Assembly (NCBI RefSeq): GCF_009914755.1
Contig: NC_060927.1
Direction: 5' to 3' (one strand)
Length of the DNA stretch: 64,000 nucleotides
Source: the human T2T-CHM13v2.0 reference genome, Homo sapiens
The translations under genes and the position numbers were made by a program. The notes beneath the pieces are model-generated. The model had not been told where the DNA came from, searched no databases, and was given only the letters and a program-made list of their open reading frames with translations. Positions 28,591 to 39,879 of the stretch are shown here, in pieces (position 1 is the stretch's first letter; the number at the start of each line of letters is the position of its first letter).

Positions 28591-28596
28591 ATGAAG
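28591..28596 (+). CDS. ATP2C1: First coding bases (Met-Lys) of secretory-pathway Ca2+/Mn2+ ATPase SPCA1; remainder lies beyond the window
   Basis: AAA ATG AAG|GT, phase 0. Matches the recalled ATP2C1 N-terminus MK|VARFQ, exon 2 spanning c.-180..c.6, and a ~35 kb following intron. Identification is from memory, not from coding sequence in this window. Confidence 0.8.
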
Positions 28597-30459
28597 GTAA
28601 AGGCCCCTGGCCGACCGGTTGCAACGCGGAGTTGAGGGTGTGGTGGTTTGCTTTTAAGTTGTCTTTGTTTTTCCACCTTTTTATTTTCGTGAGCTTATTT
28701 ATTTACTGTGTATGTGAAGTGTCCAAGGATTTGCTTACTTAGGGTATCCAGCTTTTATTTTGGTAACATGGGGCATTTGAGAGATTGAGGTTCTGTGGGT
28801 GACTGAGCTTGATTCAGCTTTCTTGAGGAATTCCTGCTCTCTTCAGCTTAGGGAATGAGAGGGAAGTTTTCATTTCAGATAGCGTCTGTGCATGTTTAAA
28901 TAGCTATTTGAAAGGAATTACTCGAGGGGAAGTGGAAATGGGGGACAAGGGGATGGGGCTGCATCTCTGTATATTGGCGTTTCAAGCCTCGATGTGGTGT
29001 GTGGCAGGATTCATTTATAAGAAAGCAAGCCATGTTTTATTATGTCTAGCATTGGGGAAAAAACTCATTATTTTTCAATTCACAAAAAAAACCCAGTGAA
29101 TTTAATGAAATGTTATGAGATGAGTGCTTTTCTTAAAGTTCCACCCTATTTCAAAACATCATTTAGGAGGTTGACAGCGGAACCTGTTTGTTCACTGTAC
29201 ACTTTGGACACATTAGATCGTCATTCACATGTTACATGATCCCTTTGGCCTCGTTAAAATATTTAATGCTTTTCCTACACAGCACTGATTATTTTTAAAA
29301 TTGTTGAACAACTGTGAATAAGTGATTTTTTTTCCCCCTCCTGAAACAACACTTATTCTTTGGACTGACTTCTGACTTGTGCGTGATCATTTTTTTTTCT
29401 TCTGCCTTTAACCGGGCTGCAAAATACTATAAAAGATACTTAACAAATGACAGTTTTTTCCTCTGGTATAATTTGTTTTAAAAAATATGTGTCTGGTATA
29501 AAGGAGCTGCAGTCTTGCTGGCTGCTTCTAATTTGTTTTTCCATTGTTGAGAATGTAAGCTTGATTGTCTGACTAGGACTAGTAATTTTGAAATGGGTGT
29601 TTCTTATAGATGCAGTAATGTGTTTTGCTATCTGAGACCTCTGGGCTATGTAGGGAATATGATGAGAGGCATGATTATATTGACAAATTTTACTCTGGAT
29701 GGATAATTGGCGGAAGACATTTTCTGAAATACTAAAGTGTATAACTGCAGAGGAGTTATACTGTCTAATTGGGTCTTGAGAAACATTTGAAAGCAGTGAT
29801 GTTTTTGGTGATAAGGAAAGTCACTTTTCTGAGCCTTTTTCCTCTCTTTTAAGTTTATTGATTTAAGAAAGGCAAATCCATTCTGCACATGAGACAAAGA
29901 ATGTTAAATGCATTCATATACTTGTTTCTTGGTAGAAACATCTTAAATAACTTCTAACATTTAATGTATGTTTATGAGCTTGTTTTCAGAATGGTACCAG
30001 ATTTAAGAGGGTAGCCTAAAGTAGGTGGATTCTTTCATGTTGCTTTTGTTTCTTGATCTCTCAGGAGGAAGAGCATGAGTAATAAAGCCGATTCTCATTA
30101 TCTACTGAGGTGGGAGGGGGTGGTTGTGAGATAGGAGAATGGTGCCTACTTGTGTCTGTCTCTGTATTTTGTGGCCAAATATGAATTTTGTGGTTTCATA
30201 GTAAAAGATTATACAGTTCTTAAAAACGTGTGGGGTTTTCTGTCCCGTTATTCTTGACCATCAAGAGACCATTTTTGTCAGTTTCTCCCTATCGTCACAT
30301 TTTTTTTTATATATAAACAGTTTGAAGAAGAGCCTGTATATAGCCTAGAAATTTTCAAAAGTGACTGACCATATTAAACTACATAGATTGATACCTGTGC
30401 CTTTTTATTGTTCACTTGCCTTTTTGTAGTTTTCATCCTTCTTTGATATAGTGTAGTAT

Positions 30460-31290
30460 TAACAATTTGGAGGTGTGAAACAAAAATGGATTCAAGTCTT
30501 GACTAACTTGTCTTGAACCACTTAAAGCTGTGTGATTTTAAGTAAATTACGTCACCTTTCTGAGCCTGTATTTCTTCATCTATAAATTGGGATTGATAAT
30601 CTTTAACTCACAGAATTGAGAGGATTAAATGAGAAACCCTGTATAAATTCTCTTGTGAGGTAGGAATGATAACGTTTAAGAGCTTGAGTTGTGGTGGAAC
30701 CATGCAGACTGATTTGAATGCTGGATTCGTCGCTTACCATTTGGCTTTGTGCATATTAAAGTTTTCTGTGCTTCCGTTTCTTCATAAAATAAAGATAATG
30801 ATAGAACCTACCTTATGAGGTTGTTGTAAACATTCAAACAGTATCTGGCACATAGTAAGTGCTCGGTAAATGTTAATTATAAATTGCCTAGCTGAATGTT
30901 TGATACATACTAATAGGCCACCTGGCATTAATATTGTCATGACAGTTAAATGTTGGAAGGGGGAACAGTAGTAGCCAAATGCTCAAAATGAAGTTGTCAT
31001 TGTTAGTTGAGGGATAAGTGGAGTTAGGTAAGGAATTTTCTATGGCATTAGTGCTTTTAAGCCTACAGAAAAAGTTAGGGCTCTACCAAGAAGCCAGGGT
31101 CCAGTACAGAAAGAGACAGGTTTGGATTTGAAGCCCGACAAGTAATGTTTTCCTCTCCTGAAAAATCTGACAAGTTACTAGGCTTCTAAGCTTTCTCAGC
31201 CTTTAAGTTATCTCATCTGTAAATGAGATAATGCCCTCTTGCAAAGTTGATGTGAGTAATAAATGAAGCCGCCAGAGCAATGTTTGACAT
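30460..31290. mobile_element. Cluster of MIR fragments
   Basis: MIR cores TCTGAGCCTGTATTTCTTCATCTATAAA, CTTCCGTTTCTTCAT..AAAGATAATGATAGAACCTACC, CTCATCTGTAAATGAGATAAT. Confidence 0.7.
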
Positions 31291-33006
31291 ACAGTTAACT
31301 TGGATGAATTGAGTGATGCTGCTGTTCCCTAGTAAGAGTATCCTCCAGTAGGTATGCAGGTAGTTACATTTGTGGGTGTGAACAGTGTAGAATTGATAGT
31401 GTTTCCCTAGAGCATCAGCATGAAGGTTTCTTAGGTAGCTTACAGTGGTGTGGGGAGGAAATGGTTTCATCCATGTGTTGGTTCCTTCAGCAATGGTGGT
31501 ATTTTCTTTGGCACTTCGGTTTAGATTCTTCTGGACTTTTTTCCTAGGGCCCATTTAAACTTTCTCAGCAAAGCTTGACCAATTTTTAGCTGTAGACTCC
31601 AGGATGTTTCATGAACACTTTCTGCTTGTCACTAGGAACGTTTAAAATGTTAATTTCCTGGAATTTTTGGACTACTTAACATTCAGTCGTGAGTTAGGAT
31701 TTTATCCAGATCCTTTGGAATTTGTTTTTACATGTTTATCACAAATCTAAACAGATCCCGCTTAGGCATCTTGAGATGCACAAGTAAACAGCTCTTACCT
31801 GATTTTTAAAAGTTAATTGCATGTTTAAAGTGATAGCTTACTAGAAAAGATATGTCTAGCTGGAGAAGCTTGCACATAGGTTTTCCTTTCTAGTAATGGA
31901 TTTATTTTTTGGAATAAATTTGGCCTTTCCCATAGAAAATTCAGTGTGACTTTAATACACATGAAACTTTAATATAGCCTTAAATGTTTGACTAGTGGAT
32001 AGAAATGTAATAGTCTTCAGGATTTCAGGACATGGTTAATTTAAGATTATAGACAGAGCTAATAGGTGTAGAGAACAATGCCCCAATCTTTTTTGTTTGA
32101 AAATGGTTGTATTTACACTTTACTTTTAAAAGCAGTTTCTTAATTCAATTTCAAATTGTTAATCAGCTAGGAATGTCTCAAGAAAAAATTGCATTACTAT
32201 AGTTGGAGAAGCTATAGGGAAAAAGGGATGAGAAGCCACCTTAATTTTATTCCTTTAACTGAAAATAGGAAACCAGGTTATAAAAATATATCTTTGGGTG
32301 TGGGAAATATAGTTTATGTTGTTTGCAGTTTTGTCCATAAAATGATAGTCTTAATTAGTACTCTGAAAAAGAGTTGAAACTAAAAGAGATTATATATATG
32401 ACATTTTGTAAACTGTAGTAATTTAAGCCAGAGGATGCTGTAGAGAGTACTTGTATGCAATAACCTTCTGACAGTTGGATTCCAAATACTTGATTTGTCT
32501 TCATATTTTTGTCATTCATTTAAAGTCAGCAGAATTCAGGTCTGTTAACGCAAAGCATTATGAAACAAAATAGTTTCCTAGGGAACACACCCCTAGGGGC
32601 CCAGGACTGATTTTGGAGATCTTAGTTAGCCATGATCTGTTTTGCAAGGTTAAATTTTGTTTTAAAGGTGCCAGGAACACTGTGGCTTGATGGTAAAGTT
32701 AGCATGAATTTTAAATTACACCGTTGTTACATGTAGCATCTTAAAATATCTTAAGGATCAGTTCAAGAGGTCCCCTCACATTTACTTTGTTGAAACAAAT
32801 TCTTTTTAATAATGGTTTCAGGCATCAGTTGTGACAAGGTTATCTTTATGCTTTTCATGTAGACAAATGTTGGTAAAAGGCAGTAAAGGGTGCATCCTGA
32901 GGTTAATGCCATCATTTCATGAAAGAAAGGATCTCTCAAAAAAAAGGCTAAATTGATAATTTCCTCTTGGATGTATATGACTGCTACTTATATGCATTTG
33001 TTAATA

Positions 33007-33426
33007 CAGTTGACCCTTGAACAATGTGGGGGTTGGGGTGCTGACCCACCATGCAGTTGAAAATCTGCATGTAACTTTTAACTCTCTGAAAACTAAACTA
33101 CTAATAGTCTCTACTGTTGCCTGGAAGCCTCACTGATAACATAAACAGTCAATTAACACATACTTTGTATGCTATATGTATTATATACTGTATTCTTGCA
33201 ATAAAGTAGAGAAAAAAACTTACCAAGAAAATTATGAGGAGGAGAAAATATATTTATAATTCATTAAGCAGAAGTGGATCACTATAAAGGTCTTCATCCT
33301 CATTGTCTTCGCTTTGAGTAGGCTGAAGAAAAGGAGGGGTTGGTCTTGCTGTCTCGGGTGACAGAAGCAAATCTGAGTATAAGTAGACCTTTACAGTTGA
33401 AACTCATGTTGTTAAAGAGTCAACTG
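33007..33426. mobile_element. Tigger2a/MER28 non-autonomous element
   Basis: TIRs CAGTTGACCCTTGAACAA ... TTGTTAAAGAGTCAACTG, preceded by TA. Confidence 0.85.
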
Positions 33427-33854
33427 TGTATCTTCTGTCTTCAGGCTTTAAGTTGCTACGACAAAAGTATAAATCGTAGAATTACAAATAAATTACACCA
33501 ATTGTGTTAAATTAGGTTGGTTTAGACTAAACCTGTGATGTGTTTAGAAAAAGTTTGAATGAAATGTTGAAAAGCTGTCCTAGATTATAGACAGAAGACA
33601 GTAATAGTCGGGGTCAGAAGCATTATCTTAAGATGGCCGTAACTGGGTGTCTGATTCAATTTCTATCTCTGCTTTTTTTAATTCTGCTATAGGTATTAGA
33701 GAATGTGTGAATTGGAATTATTTAATATACCTGTTAGTTGTAATTGCTTTCTTAAGTAAAGGCCTTTTGGTTTGACATTTGGTCATTTCGTAAACATGCT
33801 GACCTAAACTCGTGTCCCTCCCTCAGAAGGAAATACGTTAATTTAGTATGACAT

Positions 33855-34181
33855 CCTTTTTTTTCCCTTTGTGCTTATTTATTTATTTATTTTTTTGAGA
33901 TGGAGTCTCACTCTGTAACCCAGGCTGGGCTGGGACACAGTAGCATCATTATAGCTCACCAAAGCCCCTAACTCCTGGACTAATGCGATCTCCCTGCCTT
34001 AGCCTCCTGAGTAGCTGGGATTATAAGCACACATCACTATACCCAGCTAATTTCTTAATTTTTTTAAAGACGAGGTCTTGATATATTGCCCATGCTGGTC
34101 TTGAACTCCTGGACTCAAGCAGTCTTATTGCCTTGGCCTCCCAAATTGTTGGAATTATAGGCATGAGCCACCGTGCCCAGC
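33855..34181 (-). mobile_element. AluJ
   Basis: Diverged antisense Alu; TSD TTTAGTATGACAT. Confidence 0.88.
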
Positions 34182-35655
34182 TTTAGTATGACATTCTTTA
34201 TTCTTTTAGAAAGCTTTGAGATATTGATGCATCCTTATAGAAATTACTTTCATTTATTTATTTACTTACTTAAAACAGCTTGATAAAGTTGGAAAAAGCA
34301 GGACCCTAAATAATAAATATATTTGCCATCAGCCTTTTATAGGAAAACTCAGAAATAATAAGTGGAAATATTTAGGATGTCACTCATCAGACTTTTTTTT
34401 TGAATATGTAAATGTGTTTTTTTGAAAATTTAAACACGCAAAGTAAAAATTAAAAGTTTTGGTTAAGTTGTGAATTTCAGAAATTTATCTTGGTTATGGT
34501 GTCCTGAAGTTAAAAAGAATAGAGCATTAGTACATTAGTACATAAACGTTCTGTTATTCTCTGCCTAAGGGCAAGATCCAACTTTGAACCAGGTCCTGGA
34601 TTTCCTCTCATCTTAAATCGGAGCCTTTTTCATTTGTAGTATAAATAAATTAGCCTTTTGATGCTGTGATTTTATTTGTATATGTTATATATGAGATTTA
34701 TATCTCTCTTTGTATGCAGGCATTTCACTAGATTTTGTTTGGCCATCTATTTTTAGTGTTTCCCTAGCAGCATGTTTGCTTTACCTGCCTTCATCTAGGT
34801 TTCTACATCATCAGGGGTGGAAATATTAGTTGGCTTAATTAAGCTTGGGAGTTGTACCTTACTTGCTCTGTTGAGTGTCAGTTCTACCTTCTTTTGAAGC
34901 AGGCAAAAGCAGTTCATGGCACAAATGCCAGAAATAGCATGCAAACCACTTTGTAGTGGTATGCAAACTAATTTCTGCTGTGTCCTTTTCTTAATGCTTG
35001 TGAGGGTTACTGTTTACTTAAGAGTTAATATTTGGCTTATGAAACTAGTATCAGATGAGAAATTCCAGCATCCCTCCCCACCCCAGAGAAAGATGTGGTC
35101 ATTGGGGACTGCTCTGAAGTCTGCCAGCCCTCTATCCTAAAAGTTGGTAGATCAGTTATTATATCTTGATATGTACCCCTAATTCATATGAGGGGCCAAG
35201 AGAGATTAGTTACTCCTGATTTCATCTGTTAGAAGATAAAGGGAGTGTGGTTTGTATCTATATTAGAGTAATGGGAATGAAGGGTAGGGATGGATGACAG
35301 AGATATTTTACTCCTAGGAAAAATCAGCAGGACTTGGACAGTGACTAGATACAGAGAATTAAGGGAATAGTTGAATCAGACATGACTGCAAGATGTCATT
35401 TGGGTCAGTGAAGGTGCCATTGATTGTGGTTGAAGGAGTGAGCCGATTTAGGGGCTGGCTGAAGGGAATATATAGGTCAGACTGTCATGATGTGAGGCTC
35501 ATATAGCTATGCATGGAGAGAGGTGTTAAATCAAGCACCAGGATTCAAAGTGAGCTCTTGAAGGCAGAGACCTCAATTTGTCCTTTATTCATCTTGAACA
35601 GACTCTGGGACGTACCTACTGTCAATTGAATGAAAATGCTGGCTTCTTCCTTCTA

Positions 35656-35881
35656 AGTGGTTCTCATCTCAGGATTGTTTTGCCCCCGGGGGACATTTGG
35701 CAATGTTTAGAGAAATGCTGGGTTGTCACAACTCAAAGTATGCTACTGGCATCCAGTGTGTAGAGACCAGGGATGCTGGTAAGCATGCTACAATCCGTAA
35801 GACAGCATCTTCTACCTCCCCCCGCCACCCTCAAAATTTTTTAGCCCCAGATGTCAATGGTGCCAAGATTGAGAAACACTG
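35656..35881. mobile_element. MER20 (hAT-Charlie)
   Basis: AGTGGTTCTCA...TTTGCCCCC.GGGGACATTTGGCAATG...TGCTACTGGCATC...GATTGAGAAACACTG. Confidence 0.85.
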
Positions 35882-37407
35882 TTCTAACAAACGGCAAGGA
35901 AGTTGACTCCTCTAAGCCTTGGTTTCCTCACTTGTAAAGAGATTATGACTACTTCAGGTTTGTTAGAATTAGACCAGGCAGGGTGTGTACAAGTGCCTGG
36001 CATGAAAGAGCCTCTCAGCAAATCCTAATTTCCCTTACCTTACTTGATGAATAGATTTAGGGGAGTTACTTTTGGTCTTTTAACTGCTAATTTCAAGGCT
36101 TCACGTTTTTTTTTTTTTTTTTTTTTTTTCTGAGAGGTGAGTGGGATGCCTAGGAAACATAGAGTAGCTTTTATAATCTTAATGCTTTTCTCATGGTTTT
36201 ATCAAATTATGATTTTGATTATACTTTGGTTTGGGTTTGTACTATTTCAGGATTCAGTATTTAGTGTTCACCTAGCAGTAGACAATGAAGTTAAACCCTT
36301 AGTGTAGATCAATGAAGTTAAGCCCTTAAATTTTACTTTTTAGCCTGTAAATACATTTTATGTATTATTTATTGCTCACAGAACTGTTATTGTTTGGAAG
36401 CAATTTTACTATTCTTTGAAATCAAGACCAAAATGTACTGAATTTTATTTCTCATGGAAAATGCTAGACCTCCTATGTCTATTGCCTTTTTCCTTTTTAT
36501 CCATTTATTCTAACTAGACCCCCCCCGAAGTCAGAACTCTTCCTTAGATTTCCTTTTTAGGGTCTTCATTAGGTGGCTTTCTTTTGCTTGTCGGGTGTCT
36601 TTTTACTTTATTTTGTAAGGTGTTGAATATTCCCTTTATTTTGTAAGGTGTTGAATGTTTCAGTGGTGTTAGGGACAGGACCACCGATATTTTCATCTCT
36701 AATACCAATCCCTTAGTGATCTATTCCAGTCATAGCCTCAGTGTTTAAAGTCTCCTTACATGTACATAGTTGTGTGGCATTCTCATTTTTAGGGAGTCAC
36801 TGGAATTCTTTGCTGCTATTTCTTTCCTTTTAGGAAAAAAACCGGTTTACTCTTACTATACATTATTTTCTCCATCTATAGAATGGAATTACTGTAGGTA
36901 AAAGTCCTTGAGTTCGGTAAACTATGTATTGGACTTACTAATGTACGTTTTATTAATTGCAGGTGGAATTTAGAAATAACCTGCCTGTTTTTCATCTTAA
37001 ACTAAGATTATTTAAATATTCCATTCATTAATTAGTTGGTTAGAAAAATTAGCTTTTGAGGAACACCACTTAAACATGGAAAATAATAACAGAGTACATT
37101 TTGTGACAGCAAATAAATTATCGGTTAACTTAACCCTATAGGATTCAAAGTTGGTAGCTTTAAATGATATTAAATTGTATTTGACTGTCAACTGCTTTTA
37201 AAGGCTTACGTGGCTCCCCATTGTACCTGTAGTTATTTAGGTCTGGAAGCACAGGGTGTTAAGAATGCCACCATAATGTCTTTTCATAAGGGTTTGGTTT
37301 GTCATAGCCTGTAAAATTAGGTTCACCAGTTAGCTGCTTTATGAAATGAATGTCATTGGTCATGGTGGGGGAGGTATTAGGAGAAGGTATAAAGGAATCT
37401 AAAAAAA

Positions 37408-37540
37408 CTTTCTTTCTTTCTCTCCCTCCCTCCCTTCTTTCCTTCTGCCCCTTCCTCCCCCCTTTCCTTTCCTTTTTCCTCTTTCCCCTTTCCCATTTCC
37501 CCTTTCCCCTTTCCTTTCCTTTCCTTTCCTTTCCTTTCCA
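37408..37540. repeat. Polypyrimidine (CT/CCTTT)n tract
   Basis: ~130 nt almost entirely C/T. Confidence 0.85.
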
Positions 37541-37899
37541 TCTTCTGTATTGCTAGTAAAATAATTGTTGCTCACTGAAGGCTTTAAAAAACACTGGTTG
37601 CATGCTTAATATAGGATGGCAACAAAATGGACGGGTTTAAAAAATATGTAGATGGTATGATACCCCTTTCCTCCATCCTTGTACCAAATTTCTTTCAAAC
37701 CTAGAATAATTTATACAAACAGATGTATCAGTAGATGGAGTATTATGCCCACTTTTTAATTTAATGATCAAAAAATGCCAAATTCTTCCCAGAGTGGCAG
37801 TATAATTCAGATGTAGTTAACTGTTGGATGCAAATTCAATTATGGTAGAAAGATTTACTTTACTTTGAGAGGTTTTTCTAAAATCTTCTAAAATTATGT

Positions 37900-39400
37900 T
37901 GATTTTTAAAATTTGAAATAACTTTAGACTTACATAAAAGGTATAAAAATAGTACAAAGAGGTCCTGGATATCTTTTGCCCAGTTACTCCTAATGTTAAC
38001 ATCTTATATAACCATAGTATAATTATTAAAACCAGGACATTCACATTTATAAACTATCCTTTTTCTAGTTCAGGATCCAATTTGGGATCCTACCTTGCAT
38101 TTAGTTATCATCATGTTAGTCTCCTCCCATCTGTTAAGCTTTTCAGTCTTTTTTTTCTCTCATCTTTTATAAATGTTACTGACACTTTTGAAGAGTACTG
38201 TTAGTTATTTTTTAGAATGTTTCTCAATATGGGGTTGTCAGATCTTCACCCGTGATTAGCATGTCTTATGATGGGTGAAGTTAATGTGATCACTTGGTTA
38301 AGGCTGTGTCTGCCAGATTTCTTCATTGTAAAGTTACTGCTTTTTCCTTTGTAATAATAAATGTTCATTTTAACCTTGTAGTTGTATAATAATTAGTAAT
38401 TCCTTTGTAATTAATACCTTCCTCTAGTGGGGAGGTACTGCAAATATACTGTGTCCCATCATACTTATCATGGGCCAGTTTTGCAATATCCTGTGTTCCA
38501 TCATACTTTACATGGGCAAGTTTTGCTATCTATCAATGGTTCTTAACTGGCAGCAGTTATTACTGCTTTGGTCTTTGCTTAATGGCGAGTTTTCTATTTC
38601 ACTCATTCTTACTATATTTGGAATTCTACAATTAAGGAAGTACTGTCCTCTTTACTTATTAATTATCCAATTAATTTATTTACATGGCTTTGTGGATATT
38701 TTGCCTTATGGGTTAAAATCCAGTAATTGTTGCTCAAGTCATTCTCGCTTTGGTTATTGAGGGCACTTGAAAATTTGTTCCTGTGTCTTTTCTACAATAC
38801 CCTCTCTCATTTTGTGAGCACTAATTTACTTTCTGGTATCACATGATGTTCTGGGTGTATCTTGTATTTTTCCTGCTTGCACCAGCCATGGAATCAACCA
38901 TTTTTCCAGGGAGCTGAGTTCATTTTACTAGAGAATGATATCTAGAAACCAAGATCTGGGTGCCAGGTGTGCTCCATGCTACTGGGTGTCATTGCTTCTA
39001 GGCTCTCTTAGTAGATAGAGCTAGCAGTGTATATGTTTGGTAACATGTATGAACACATATGTTTTTATTTTCTTATCTATCCATCTATGTATATAAATAA
39101 AAAACTGCCAGTGATGCTGCCAGTTCTGTTCTTCCACCATAGGGTCCATTTTGGTCTTTTTTCCTGTTCAGCCCTTTTCTCTTTCTTTGTTACTTCCTTC
39201 TCCAAAGGTGAGAAACTGTTCTCAACCACAGTATATTGACTTACTTGTTTCATCCGAGTACACACAAACAAAAGTAGTTTTAGAATTAGTGACCTATTCA
39301 TTCCCTGGTGAGAAACACAGTTTTAAACTAGAGTACAATATTTGTCTTTAACTTTATGGTATACAGGCAAATTCTGTTTTCAGAAGTTACTTGGGTTCTT
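37900..39400 (-). mobile_element. Ancient L1 3'UTR (L1MC/L1ME-type) fragments
   Basis: TTTGAAATAACTTTAGACTTACA..AAAAATAGTACA; GAATCAACCATTTTTCCAGGGAGC..TAGAAACCAAGATCTGGG. Confidence 0.65.
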
Positions 39401-39879
39401 TTCATCCCTGCCTAAGGGTTATGTTAGTCACTTGTAATAAAATTAGGTTCACTTGTTATTGTTTGTATGCTGTTTTAAGTTCCTCCTACATCCTGTTTCA
39501 TCATAGCACAGTATCCCTCTCCCATTTATTTATGATAAAGATGTGTTCTTAAAAGGACTGGATTTGCTTAAGGTTGGGTACAGCTGTAATTGCTTTGCCA
39601 GACAGCAGTTAAAGGACATGTGCTTTGGCAATCATTCTCTTGGGCTTGCTTGCCTGGTTCCTTAGTTTCAGCTCTCATTTCTACATCGTTTACACTTGGG
39701 AATTGATATCAGCTGTGGCCCCATAACTGTCAGTGCTTGAAATCATGCCCATCGACTAAATCTTATTTGTTCTGTATGCACAGTTTTAGACCCGGAGCCA
39801 CCTACAGTATGAATACTAATTCTCTCATAGCTGTGGTAAATCATGAAGTATTTTGTAGACCCTGTCCTTTACTGGGTTT

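Larger units (their letters stand above)
28411..28596 (+). other. ATP2C1: Exon 2 (180 nt 5'UTR plus first two codons)
   Basis: Acceptor CTGGTTTCTCTTGCAG| at 28410 and donor AAG|GTAAAG at 28596/28597. Confidence 0.85.
27260..28640 (+). promoter_or_regulatory. ATP2C1: CpG-island promoter (ATP2C1 proximal promoter)
   Basis: Dense unmutated CpGs; ETS/GABP motifs CACTTCCG 27742-27749 and GCGGAAGT 27796-27803; NRF1-like TGCGCCTGCGCGCA 27773-27786; GC box GGGGAGGGGCGGAG ~27870; YY1-like GCGGCCATG ~27497. Confidence 0.9.

Noticed and set aside
27590-28676. Long ORFs on both strands of the CpG island (145-150 aa)
   Set aside because: Expected in GC-rich DNA; mostly non-ATG starts, they cross splice sites and resemble no known protein
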